From: an uncultured archaeon
GTDB lineage: Archaea > Thermoproteota > Bathyarchaeia > Bathyarchaeales > Bathycorpusculaceae
Reading direction: 5' to 3'
NCBI GenBank assembly: GCA_963810275.1
Contig: CAWENF010000003.1
Location: forward strand, 1 to 64,000
Length of the DNA: 64,000 nucleotides
This document shows positions 9,672 through 19,386 of this stretch, in pieces; position 1 is the first letter of the stretch, and each line of letters begins with the position of its first letter. A model generated the notes under the pieces. That model saw only the letters and a list, made by a program, of their open reading frames with translations, was not told the DNA's origin and made no database searches. Made by a program: the position numbers and the translations under genes.

Positions 9672-11170
9672 GCCTTGGAACCCTGAAAAGGAAAATCAAC
9701 AATAAATTTCGTCCCCACACCTACCTCACTTTGATAGCTCACAGAACCATTTAAACACCCAACAAGACGCTTCACCACAGCAAGACCAAGACCCTGCCCC
9801 TTAGATTTAGACGTAATCAATGGCAAAAAAAGCTTAGACCTAATCTCTTCAGAAATACCCACACCAGTATCTTCTACACTAAAAAACACTCTACCATCAC
9901 AATGGTACGCCCTCACTGTTAAAGTTCCGCATTCAGGCATAGCTTGCAAAGCATTATTCACCAAATTAAACAATATCCGCTTCAACATTGAACGATCAGA
10001 GTAAAAAACAGGAAAACCCTCAGCCACTTCAATGACAACATGATGATTTTCTGGAACAAAAACAAGCAACATCACTTCTTCAATAACATCATTGATATCG
10101 ATTTCTTCACAGACAGGTCGTAACGGCCGAGAGAAATCTTGAAGGTCCGAAACTATCTTTTCAATATAAAACAGGTTAGTTTGAACATCGCGTATGCTTT
10201 CCTCCAAACTCTTTTTAACTTCCCTCTCAGGCAACAGAGCCACTTCACCCTCGATTAGAAACATATCAGAAACAATAGCTTGAAGAGGATTGCGAATATC
10301 ATGACCAACCATGCCTGCAGCAGCTCCAATCGCAGCCAAACGCTCTGAATCCTGCAAAGCTCGAGTTCGCTCTTCAACAATTTCTTCCAGATTTTTAGTA
10401 TGCATTTCAAGCTGCGCTTTAACCTGCTTTAGTGCATCCTCGGCTTTCTTTCGCTCCGTAATATCAACATTAGATTCCAGCAATTCATCAATAGACTCAC
10501 CATGCTCTGACTCAGGCAACCAACGACTTTGCACAACAACTTCTTTGCCAGACTTAGTCGTATGAACTAACTCTCCAGACCACGCCTTGCTACGACGTAT
10601 TTCCGAAACAACATCATCAAACGACGATGGAAATCGAGTCTGAAGCAAATCATCCGTCTTTTTTCCTAAGGCTTCCTCACTACTCCAACCATAAATCTTC
10701 TCCGCACCCTTACTCCAAAAAACAATAGTTCCATCCATTTTTCTAACAATTATGCCATCAGGGCTAAGATCTATAAGTTTGGCTTGCTTCTTGCAAACTT
10801 CTTCAGCTTTTTTGCGCTGAGTGATATCAGTGAGTATGGAAATATTCGCAATATGCTCACCTTCTTTATCAAAAAGCGGCGACACATTGACAATAGTCCA
10901 AATAAATGTCTTATCTTTGCGTTTAAATTGAAATTCCTTTTGGATTTTGACGTTTTCACTTAACTCTTTTCTTGTCCGCTTGACAATGGCTTTTTGTCCG
11001 GGTGCTAAAAATTCAACGCTAAATCTTCCAACCAACTCGTCAGGGGTATAACCAAGCATATCCGCCATTTTCCTATTCACTAACAGCGTAGCTCCATCTG
11101 GGCGGACAATCCAGATGCCCTCTTCTGACAACTCAAAAATCTGACGATAAATATCCTCAGTTATTTTTAA
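9668..11170 (-). CDS. PAS-PAS sensor histidine kinase (kinase C); track start TTG 11131, probable start TTA 11170
   Basis: Two PAS domains, GHDIRNPL, NLVNNALQAM, DTGVGI, GQGLGL. The in-frame upstream extension KITEDIYRQIFEL is a typical PAS lead-in and follows an AGGTGAGG RBS. Confidence 0.9.
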   Translation of the reverse strand, partial: LKITEDIYRQIFELSEEGIWIVRPDGATLLVNRKMADMLGYTPDELVGRFSVEFLAPGQKAIVKRTRKELSENVKIQKEFQFKRKDKTFIWTIVNVSPLFDKEGEHIANISILTDITQRKKAEEVCKKQAKLIDLSPDGIIVRKMDGTIVFWSKGAEKIYGWSSEEALGKKTDDLLQTRFPSSFDDVVSEIRRSKAWSGELVHTTKSGKEVVVQSRWLPESEHGESIDELLESNVDITERKKAEDALKQVKAQLEMHTKNLEEIVEERTRALQDSERLAAIGAAAGMVGHDIRNPLQAIVSDMFLIEGEVALLPEREVKKSLEESIRDVQTNLFYIEKIVSDLQDFSRPLRPVCEEIDINDVIEEVMLLVFVPENHHVVIEVAEGFPVFYSDRSMLKRILFNLVNNALQAMPECGTLTVRAYHCDGRVFFSVEDTGVGISEEIRSKLFLPLITSKSKGQGLGLAVVKRLVGCLNGSVSYQSEVGVGTKFIVDFPFQGSKA

Positions 11171-11368
11171 CTACAAAACCTCACCTAATAATTATGCTTT
11201 AGTAAAATTTAAACTTGAATATTTTTGCCAATAAATCATAAATCCAGCACCTAAAAAAAACACAACTTATAAAACTAGATATAAAAAGTAGAAAATCCCC
11301 CAGCAACAGCGCCATAATTCGCCAAGTTTTAAATAATTTGTCCACAGAATAGGCGGATTGGTGAATTA

Positions 11369-12088
11369 GTGGAAATAACCACCACACGGCTACTCATAAT
11401 CATCCTAGAAATCACATGCATCGCCCTATCCGCCACGCTTGTCTACTTATTCTCCAAAATATACAAAACAAAACGATCATTCCACCTACTCAGCCTTCCT
11501 ATAGGCATCTTCTTCTTAATGAGCTCATACTCTTTTCTGCTAGTTCATCATCTTGACTTGAGCTTCGCAGTCATAAACCCACTCTCCAGCTCACTAATGT
11601 GGCTGCGAACAATCACCCAAACCATCGGCTTCTCCCTAATCGCAGCATCCTACATATTCGCAGCCAAAAACCAAAACACCTCAAAACAAAGCTACGCAAC
11701 TATCCTAGCAGCCTCCGCCGCCCTGATGCTAACAGCTTTTAGCACCCTGTACTTTCTAAACCCCACAGGCCTATCATCAATCTACACCTACATACAATTT
11801 TTCGCATGGGCAAACATCGCCCTACTATCATACATCATAATCGTACTAGACATAAAACTACTAAGAAAGCAAAGCCGAACCTCTGCTTTGGCCATCAGCA
11901 TGTTAGCCTTTTTTTGCCTATGGCTAAGCCAATTTGTCTTTCTAATTTTCTCTTTGGCCCAAGGAGGCGCCTTCGCCCTGGTCGGATCTCAAGTAGCACG
12001 AATAGCAAGCTTTGTAATCTTTATCCTAATCTATTACTCAGCAAGCAAGGAGGCCGCTCTACATACCTACCAAAAGAAGCAAAGTTGA
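11369..12088 (+). CDS. Seven-transmembrane protein, possible membrane sensor
   Basis: About seven hydrophobic helices; divergent from kinase C; overlaps a downstream wHTH gene. Confidence 0.8.
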   Translation: MEITTTRLLIIILEITCIALSATLVYLFSKIYKTKRSFHLLSLPIGIFFLMSSYSFLLVHHLDLSFAVINPLSSSLMWLRTITQTIGFSLIAASYIFAAKNQNTSKQSYATILAASAALMLTAFSTLYFLNPTGLSSIYTYIQFFAWANIALLSYIIIVLDIKLLRKQSRTSALAISMLAFFCLWLSQFVFLIFSLAQGGAFALVGSQVARIASFVIFILIYYSASKEAALHTYQKKQS

Positions 12089-12332
12089 CATCTACTTTGA
12101 CGTTCTAAACCTCCTATGCGAAGAAGGAGCAGTAGAGGGAAAAGCAAGCTCTACTAGGGTTGCCCGCAGAGCCAACCTGCCTTACGACCGATTCCAAAAA
12201 ATACTGGAGCGTTTCATAAATTCGGATATGGTTCGCAAAACCCCTGAGGGGCTGCTGATTACCGAGAGGGGGCTGGACTGTTTGTATCAGATACGGCGGA
12301 CTAATGACTTTCTTGAGCGGCTGGGGCTATAA
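12063..12332 (+). CDS. Winged helix-turn-helix regulator (archaeal RSKxDI type), 89 aa, ATA start
   Basis: Manual translation: (M)PTKRSKVDIYFDVLNLLCEEGAVEGKASSTRVARRANLPYDRFQKILERFINSDMVRKTPEGLLITERGLDCLYQIRRTNDFLERLGL*. GGAGG lies 9 nt upstream. Confidence 0.85.
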   Translation: MPTKRSKVDIYFDVLNLLCEEGAVEGKASSTRVARRANLPYDRFQKILERFINSDMVRKTPEGLLITERGLDCLYQIRRTNDFLERLGL

Positions 12333-12571
12333 ACACAAAAAAATTGCAAGTTATATACCGACATCAGATGTTTCTCCTCAATCACACAATTTATACAAAA
12401 TTTCCGAACACAATATAAATTGTTCACATAACAACCCGTTTTAAGAAACAAAACAATAGCAAAGACAACAAAACAATGAATTACACTACAAGTACATCAG
12501 CCTTATAATCAAACTCACATCAAATCATCAGACAGCAGGATCATATAAATCCTGACTATGGAGAAATAAAA

Positions 12572-15184
12572 ATGCAAAATATAAAAACCAAATCTTTTGC
12601 AATTATAATCATTGCAGTACTAACGATATCCACATTTGCAATCACCCTAACCTCAGCACACGACCCCGCATGGAACATACCAACATACGCCTACTGTAGC
12701 GTCGCACCAAACCCCGCAGGCCTAGGCCAACCAGTCACCATCGGCATGTGGGTCCAGATACCCCCACCAACCGCAGCAGGAACAAACGGAGACAGATGGC
12801 ACGGATTTAACGTAACCATCACCGACCCCGACGGCAAAGTCACAACACTAGGACCCTTCACCTCCGACGCAACCGGCGGCACCTGGACAAGCTTCACACC
12901 CGACAAACTCGGCAACTACACCTTTGTCGTAAACTACCCCGGCGAAACCATGCCAGGCGAAAACAACGCCAACCCAAACAACGCCTACATAGGCGACTAC
13001 TTCATGCCCTCCACCAGCGACAAAACCTACCTAACCGTCCAAGAAGAACCCATACCAACTCTACCAATCAACCCTCTACCAACAAGCTACTGGACACGCC
13101 CCATCCAAGCCGGCAACTACCCCTGGTACACAATCAGCGGCAACTGGCTAGGACTTGGCGCCCACTCATTCGCAGCAACGGGCAGATACAACGCCACAGG
13201 AGACTACAACCCATACTCCAACGCCCCACTCGCACCACACATCATGTGGACAAAACCAGTCGCATTCGGCGGCTTAATGGGCGGAGAATATGGAGGAGAC
13301 GACACAAGCAACTTCTACTCAACAAGCCAATACGAACCAAAATGGGCACCCATCATCATAAACGGCGTAATGTACTACACCAACTACCCCGGCAGCTCCT
13401 CAAACCAAGTAGGCTGGACAGCACTAGACCTAAGAACCGGCAAAACCATCTGGACAACCAACACCACAGACATCCTAAAATACGGACAGATACTGGACAT
13501 GGTAAACCCCAACCAATACGGCGGCATCGCATACCTATGGGCCGTACCCGGGAACATGGGCGGATTCGGAGCATCACCAAGCATCTACAAAATGTATGAC
13601 GCCATGACCGGCCAATACATCCTAAGCATCGTCAACGGAACAGGCATGAACATAGTCTCCGACGACGGCGGTAACCTCATCGGATACTACGTCAACAACA
13701 GCCGAGCCAACGAATGGGGCACACCAACAATCAACTGCTGGAACTCAACCCAAGCAATCTTCTACCCAGACAGACAATACATCAAAGGCGAAACCTCAGA
13801 CAGCTGGAGCTGGAGACCAAGACAAGACGGAGAAATAGAATTCGGCCGCGGCATCATGTGGACCAAACCCATAGCCACCAACCTAACAACAGGCGACTTC
13901 CCAGAAGGCGGACGCCTATCCATCAACAGAGTCGACTGCAACGTCGTACTCATGACCGCAGTGGGCGCAAGCTACTACAACATAGGCTGGCAAGTCGACG
14001 CAGGCTACAGCGCAGAAGACGGACGCCAACTATGGATCACCAACCGAACCCTCACACCATTCACAAGAGACTCCATTACAAAATCCGGCTACGGCATGTA
14101 CTACTACATCGAAGCAGCCACAGGCAAAATCAGAGCCTACGACATCAACACAGGCAAACTAGCATGGGGCCCCAACCAACTCACAGGCCACAACGGAAAC
14201 GTACCCGTACCAAACGCATACAACAGCATCGGCGGATACCAAACAGAAATCGCCAACGGCACACTATACATCATGGGCTTTGGAGGAGACATCTGGGCAG
14301 TTGACAGTAAAACAGGAAACGAACTATGGTACACAAGCACCAACAAACTCATCGGACCATCAGGCTCAGACACACCCTACGGCGTATGGCCACTATGGGT
14401 CTTTAGCGGCGGCTCCATCGCAGGCGGCGTATACTTCCTAAACATCGGCCACGAATACAGCCCACCACTATTCAGAGGCGCAAAACAACTCGCCATAAAC
14501 ATCACCGACGGCTCACTAGTCTGGGAAATCACCGGCTTTGACGTCACAAACGCAGCCACCATAGTCGACGGCTACGTAAGCGTCCTTAACGCCTACGACA
14601 ACCAAATCTACACCTACGGCAAAGGCCCAAGCAAAATCACCGTAACAGCACCAAACATCGGCGTAACAACAGCCACCCCAATAACCATACAAGGAACCAT
14701 CACCGACATCGCAGCCGGAACAGCACAAGACGCACAAGCAGCAAACTTCCCCAACGGCGTACCATGCGTCTCAGACACAAGCATGAACCGCTGGATGGAA
14801 TACGTCTACATGCAACAACCAATCCCAACCAACACAGTGGGTGTACCAATCACCATAAGCGTGCTCGACTCTAACGGCAACTACCGAACCATAGGCACCA
14901 CTACAAGCGACACAAGCGGCACCTTCGCCATGCAATGGACACCTGACATCACCGGCGAATTCACAGTCTACGCGAGCTTTGAGGGCAGCGAATCATACTG
15001 GCCATCAAACGCAGCCACCCACATATTCGCATCAGACTCCCCAGCAACCCCAGAGCCAACCCAAACACAAACAGCAACACTGGCAACCTTTAACGATTTG
15101 ATGATGTTCATTGTGGGGGCCACAGTGGCAATCATCGTCGCCATCGCAGTTGTCGGATTGCTACTCTTAAAGAAACGACCATAA
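12572..15184 (+). CDS. Secreted, membrane-anchored PQQ-like beta-propeller surface protein (paralog 1)
   Basis: Signal peptide, N-terminal Ig-like region, repeated A.D..TG...W blades, C-terminal Ig-like domain (WTPDI.G.Y/F), P/T linker, TM helix and KKRP tail. Confidence 0.88.
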   Translation: MQNIKTKSFAIIIIAVLTISTFAITLTSAHDPAWNIPTYAYCSVAPNPAGLGQPVTIGMWVQIPPPTAAGTNGDRWHGFNVTITDPDGKVTTLGPFTSDATGGTWTSFTPDKLGNYTFVVNYPGETMPGENNANPNNAYIGDYFMPSTSDKTYLTVQEEPIPTLPINPLPTSYWTRPIQAGNYPWYTISGNWLGLGAHSFAATGRYNATGDYNPYSNAPLAPHIMWTKPVAFGGLMGGEYGGDDTSNFYSTSQYEPKWAPIIINGVMYYTNYPGSSSNQVGWTALDLRTGKTIWTTNTTDILKYGQILDMVNPNQYGGIAYLWAVPGNMGGFGASPSIYKMYDAMTGQYILSIVNGTGMNIVSDDGGNLIGYYVNNSRANEWGTPTINCWNSTQAIFYPDRQYIKGETSDSWSWRPRQDGEIEFGRGIMWTKPIATNLTTGDFPEGGRLSINRVDCNVVLMTAVGASYYNIGWQVDAGYSAEDGRQLWITNRTLTPFTRDSITKSGYGMYYYIEAATGKIRAYDINTGKLAWGPNQLTGHNGNVPVPNAYNSIGGYQTEIANGTLYIMGFGGDIWAVDSKTGNELWYTSTNKLIGPSGSDTPYGVWPLWVFSGGSIAGGVYFLNIGHEYSPPLFRGAKQLAINITDGSLVWEITGFDVTNAATIVDGYVSVLNAYDNQIYTYGKGPSKITVTAPNIGVTTATPITIQGTITDIAAGTAQDAQAANFPNGVPCVSDTSMNRWMEYVYMQQPIPTNTVGVPITISVLDSNGNYRTIGTTTSDTSGTFAMQWTPDITGEFTVYASFEGSESYWPSNAATHIFASDSPATPEPTQTQTATLATFNDLMMFIVGATVAIIVAIAVVGLLLLKKRP

Positions 15185-15243
15185 AGGCGAAAAACCATGG
15201 GAAAAACACTCCCTCCCTTTTTTAGTTTAACGAATTCAGAAAC

Positions 15244-15339
15244 GGGGGCTGAGAAGGCTTCTGATATTTTGCTATTTGTTGTTTTCATGCATTTCTTTTT
15301 CTCCTTAAATCTCCTTAAACAGAAGCCTCAGCAAACCCC
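15244..15339. repeat. Bulged inverted-repeat element, copy 1
   Basis: GGGGCTGAGAAGGCTTCTG...(TCTCCTTAAA)x2-CAGAAGCCTCAGCAAACCC; repeated at 18161-18259. Confidence 0.85.
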
Positions 15340-15527
15340 AAAAAACGACCTTAATTGATAATTTTCTTTCTTCCAAAGAAATTGAAAGTTCTCGAAAAAA
15401 TATTGAGACAATACTTGTTAGTTATCCTTTGCAAGTCAACAAATCTGAATATATATAATTAATGCACGTGTTGTGCATCCCTTTTATATACAAAAAGTGT
15501 CTTTACGCCTGTACTTAGTGAAAAAGT

Positions 15528-18104
15528 TTGAAAAAACATTTAGAAGTCAAATCAATCGCTATCGCAACAATTCTAATTTTGTCAGTTATATCATCAGCTG
15601 CATTATTGCCATCATCTGATGCTCACGACCCACCCGTTGATGTTCCAACTTATGCATACTTAGCTATTTCACCTGACCCAGTAGGTGTTGGTCAATCAGC
15701 AACAGTTGTAATGTGGATTGACAAGGCGCCTCCATCTGCAACAGGCATATCCGGCGACCGATGGACCGGCTACACCATAAAAGTAACCCAACCAGACGGC
15801 CATACAGAAGAAATAGGACCCCTCACATCAGACCCAACCTCATCAGCATACATAGTATACACACCAGACCAACTCGGCACATACACATTCGACTTCAACT
15901 TCCCAGGACAAACAGCATCTCTATACAACCCAGACAACGGCTTAGAAGGTGCCCCAAGCATTTGGATAGGCGACTATTTCCTACCATGCAACACTACAGC
16001 TACCTTAACTGTTCAAGAAGAAGCAGTGACTTTACTTCCTGAAAACCCACTCCCAACCGAATACTGGACACGACCAATTGAAGGTCAAAATACAATGTGG
16101 ACTACCATTGGCTCAAACTGGCTTGGTAACGAACCAACATCAACCTACAACGTTCAACCAGACGGCATCGCACCAAATAGCGCACACGTAATGTGGACCA
16201 AACCACTGCAAGACGGCGGTATTGTCGGAGGAACATTGCCAGGATTAGCCTACTACCAAGGTGACTCCTACGAAATGCGTTTTAACAATCCAATGGTAAT
16301 CGACGGCAGACTATACTACGACTTACCCTTAGGGCACGCAAAAACCGGCGGCGGATACATCAGCGTAGACTTAACTACAGGCGAAGAGCTGTGGTGGGAA
16401 AACTGGACCAGCAGCCTACCTGGATTTGGGCAAATCTACGATTACGAAACATTCAACCAACACGGAGTTATCCCAACAGGCATTCTTTGGCGAACACATG
16501 GCTCAACATGGGATGCGTACGATTCGTTGACAGGAAGCTGGCTCTATACCCTAACAAATGTACCTAGCGGAACAAACATCTATGGACAAACTGGGGAAAT
16601 AACACGCTACGTGGTAGACAGTACTCACAAGTGGGTTGCATTATGGAACAACTCACAGCACAACGTAGGTCTAGAATTAGAAATAGGAAACGGAGCAAAC
16701 GCATTTGAGTGGAGACCCAACGGAAAAACAGTGGACATGTCCGAAGCATATACATGGAACGTAACCATATCCGACAAAGTACCCTCAAGATCAAACTACT
16801 ACTATGCTATCCCAGAGGACGTATTACTTGTTGCAACTGCAACCCAAGATTCAAGCGGGGGACCCTTTGCATCATACGGAACCATCCCCTACACAGTTTC
16901 AGCCATAAGCCTAAACCCCAACTCAAGAGGACAACTCCTATGGAGCAAAGAATACACAGCGCCAGACGGCATGATTACCCGATTTCTGGGACCGGTCGAT
17001 TCTAAAAACCGAGTCTTCACAACACTAGACAAAGAAACAATGCAATGGTCAGGCTACAGCATAGAAAACGGAAACAAAATCTGGGGACCAGTAGGAGAAG
17101 ACCTACGCGGCTACACATACTACAGCAGCAGATCAGGCGCAGCAGGATCAATGAACTCCATCTACGATGGCAGACTCTACACAGGCGGCTTCCAAGGACT
17201 AGTAAAATGCTACGACACCCAATCTGGTCAACTACTATGGACATACGGAAACGGCGGAGAAGGCAACAGCACCAACAGCGGTCTTGAAAACGTCTGGGGA
17301 TACTACCCAACATTCCTCGGAGCATTTGCAGACGGAAAACTCTACACCTTCACTGAAGAACACTCAGTCAACATGCCCATATACAAAGGCGCAACAATAC
17401 GATGCCTAAACGCAACAACAGGCCAAGAAATGTGGCAACTTCCAGGCTTTGCAGAATCAACAAGCTTCTACAGCAGATTAGGCGCAATAGCAGATGGATA
17501 CCTAACATACTTCAACGCATACGACGGCCAAGTTTACTGCATCGGAAAGGGCCCAACAAGCACCAGCGTGTCCATATCAAACGATGTTGTGCCTTCAGGT
17601 AGCAGCGTCATCATAAAGGGAAATGTTATAGACGTTTCAGCAGGCACACAACAAAACGAGCAAGCAGCAAGATTCCCAAACGGAGTCCCAGCAGTCTCAG
17701 ATGAGAGCCAAAGCGCATGGATGGAATACGTCTACATGCAAAAACCACGCCCAACAAACGCCACAGGCGTTGACGTTACACTAAGTGTGGTCGATGCAAA
17801 CGGTAACTACCGAGACATAGGAACTACAACCGCAGACGCAGACGGATTCTTCAGCTTCAACTGGATGCCAGATATCGAAGGTAAATACACAGTCTACGCA
17901 TCATTTGAAGGCAGCGAATCATACTGGCCATCACACGCAGTCACCGCATTCAACGTCGATGCCCCACATGCAACACCTACACAGCCACCGGCACAGGAAC
18001 AGTCAGCTTCAGATCTATACTTTATTCCGGCGATCGTAGGTCTTTTTGTTGCTATCATTGTGATTGGCCTTTTGACCATATTTATGGTGAATAAGCGTCG
18101 GTGA
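15528..18104 (+). CDS. Secreted, membrane-anchored PQQ-like beta-propeller surface protein (paralog 2)
   Basis: Same architecture and conserved blocks as paralog 1 (PTYAY, YWTRPI, NAYD.Q.Y..GKGP, FPNGVP, WMEYVYMQ). Confidence 0.88.
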   Translation: MKKHLEVKSIAIATILILSVISSAALLPSSDAHDPPVDVPTYAYLAISPDPVGVGQSATVVMWIDKAPPSATGISGDRWTGYTIKVTQPDGHTEEIGPLTSDPTSSAYIVYTPDQLGTYTFDFNFPGQTASLYNPDNGLEGAPSIWIGDYFLPCNTTATLTVQEEAVTLLPENPLPTEYWTRPIEGQNTMWTTIGSNWLGNEPTSTYNVQPDGIAPNSAHVMWTKPLQDGGIVGGTLPGLAYYQGDSYEMRFNNPMVIDGRLYYDLPLGHAKTGGGYISVDLTTGEELWWENWTSSLPGFGQIYDYETFNQHGVIPTGILWRTHGSTWDAYDSLTGSWLYTLTNVPSGTNIYGQTGEITRYVVDSTHKWVALWNNSQHNVGLELEIGNGANAFEWRPNGKTVDMSEAYTWNVTISDKVPSRSNYYYAIPEDVLLVATATQDSSGGPFASYGTIPYTVSAISLNPNSRGQLLWSKEYTAPDGMITRFLGPVDSKNRVFTTLDKETMQWSGYSIENGNKIWGPVGEDLRGYTYYSSRSGAAGSMNSIYDGRLYTGGFQGLVKCYDTQSGQLLWTYGNGGEGNSTNSGLENVWGYYPTFLGAFADGKLYTFTEEHSVNMPIYKGATIRCLNATTGQEMWQLPGFAESTSFYSRLGAIADGYLTYFNAYDGQVYCIGKGPTSTSVSISNDVVPSGSSVIIKGNVIDVSAGTQQNEQAARFPNGVPAVSDESQSAWMEYVYMQKPRPTNATGVDVTLSVVDANGNYRDIGTTTADADGFFSFNWMPDIEGKYTVYASFEGSESYWPSHAVTAFNVDAPHATPTQPPAQEQSASDLYFIPAIVGLFVAIIVIGLLTIFMVNKRR

Positions 18105-18160
18105 AAACAATGAAAAACCAACTCTTCTCCTCTTTTTTTAATTGGGTCAAGAGAAAACTA

Positions 18161-18259
18161 GGGGCTGAGAGGGCTTCTGTAAAATTGTATGTTTGCAAGT
18201 ATTGCTCTGATTTTCCTTTTTCTCCTTAAATCTCCTTAAACAGAAGCCTCAGCAAACCC
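18161..18259. repeat. Bulged inverted-repeat element, copy 2
   Basis: Arms and 3' segment essentially identical to copy 1; the central ~35 nt are different. Confidence 0.85.
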
Positions 18260-18311
18260 AACTCTTTTCAACCCGAAACTCTACTAAAACCAAAGAGATA
18301 GACGACAAAAA

Positions 18312-18725
18312 GTGGACTACAAAAAAATAACCAAAGAAGACATCTACAAAGACTACGGCGCATTCAGCCCGAAACCAAAAACAAAAAAGAAGACCCCAAG
18401 ACCCGCCAAAGAACTACATCAATGCGCCAAATGCGGCAGAGTAAGCGATGAGATGACTAGACATTCGCTGACAGGAGAACATAAGCCGCCTTTTATATGG
18501 CTCTGCAGGCAGCCGTGCCATGACGAAGTACATAAATTCGGCATAAAAATGAGTAAGGAAGAAAAAGAAGCCCAAAAACGTCAACTTCCATGCACCATAC
18601 AATTCCCCAAAGAAAACAACATAATCAATCCCTACGCCCAACTAATCGAGCCCGAATCGCTAGACGAGAAATTCAGGCAAACCTTCAAACCAAAAAAAAC
18701 TAAAAAAAAGACAACGACTCAGTAG
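18312..18725 (+). CDS. HNH-like zinc-binding protein
   Basis: CAKC...TRH...LCRQPCHDEVH resembles the CxxC-H-LCxxCH-H pattern of small HNH nucleases. Confidence 0.55.
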   Translation: MDYKKITKEDIYKDYGAFSPKPKTKKKTPRPAKELHQCAKCGRVSDEMTRHSLTGEHKPPFIWLCRQPCHDEVHKFGIKMSKEEKEAQKRQLPCTIQFPKENNIINPYAQLIEPESLDEKFRQTFKPKKTKKKTTTQ

Positions 18726-18736
18726 AAAAGGGGAGT

Positions 18737-18982
18737 TTAGAGTTTTTGGCGTCTCCATTTTTTGGTAGGTTCAGTTGCCGTTGGGGGATTTCCTGTCACT
18801 TTTTCGTTTAGCTGCTTTAGCTGCCAAACAGTTAAGTCTCGATCATTAGGCTGCTGCTTTATCCACAAGTCTCGGTACTCTCGAAATTGTGCTCCTGTGA
18901 TTTTGCCTTTTGATTGCAGCTCACTTAAGAGGTTTAGGAGGGCTTGAAGTTTTGCCTGCTCTTCAGTTTGTGGGGAACTCAT
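18737..18982 (-). CDS. Small hypothetical protein with a SHOCT-like helical hairpin
   Basis: LSELQSKGKITGAQFREYR pattern; ATG start; convergent with the HNH-like gene. Confidence 0.6.
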   Translation of the reverse strand: MSSPQTEEQAKLQALLNLLSELQSKGKITGAQFREYRDLWIKQQPNDRDLTVWQLKQLNEKVTGNPPTATEPTKKWRRQKL

Positions 18983-19386
18983 ATGCTATTTTTCCTTTAC
19001 TGATTAAGTATCGAGTTGAGCAGATAAACATTACAAAAAAGAATGGTTTCTTGGCACAAAAAGACCTGTCAATGTCGCTAAACATCAAAACAAAGACCTA
19101 ACTAAATTCATAAATCAAATCGCTTAAACATTGATGAAATCTGATAAAATTAAGATAAAAAGTTAATGATTACTTAAAAAAATGTCTTTTTACACCATGA
19201 TCAATCCCTATCAATTGATATTTAATATCCTCAATAATTAAAAATATGTCGCAACAATCCATCCATTAGGAAATAAAAAGCAAAATTTTCCATCCAAAAA
19301 AGACTGAAGTTACACGACAACTAGCAAATTATAAATACATCTACAAAACAAACAGGGAATCACCCAAAAAAGGAGAATAAAAAATT

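Larger units (their letters stand above)
5556..10540. repeat. Tandem duplication, unit 2 (~4.98 kb)
   Basis: Direct repeat of 574-5555; junction GCACAACAAC|AGTCCCC at 5555/5556. Confidence 0.95.

Noticed and set aside
574-10540. Diversity-generating retroelement template/variable repeat pair
   Set aside because: Differences between the copies are not adenine-specific, the repeat is 5 kb long, and no reverse transcriptase is present.
544-10959. Many alternative-frame and antisense ORFs over the kinase genes (e.g. 544-987, 3276-3719, 5544-6185)
   Set aside because: They are shadows of real genes, favoured by the strand-skewed composition; their duplication simply follows the tandem repeat.
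11171-11176. TTG-TAG upstream of kinase C as evidence of pyrrolysine/amber readthrough
   Set aside because: It is a single instance, no pyl genes are in the window, and TAG serves as a normal stop elsewhere (e.g. 541, 18725).
11369-12088. Microbial rhodopsin
   Set aside because: Seven TM helices but no retinal-binding Lys motif (DxxxK) in helix 7.
12110-12330. Structured ncRNA in a GC-richer apparent intergenic region
   Set aside because: Explained by the wHTH coding sequence.
14968-15288. 106-aa antisense ORF starting inside hairpin copy 1 after AAGGAG
   Set aside because: The ATG is absent from copy 2 and the ORF is mostly antisense to the propeller gene.
15244-18259. Integron attC sites or CRISPR repeats
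   Set aside because: No RYYYAAC/GTTRRRY ends, no integrase or cas genes, and spacing of kilobases rather than spacer length.
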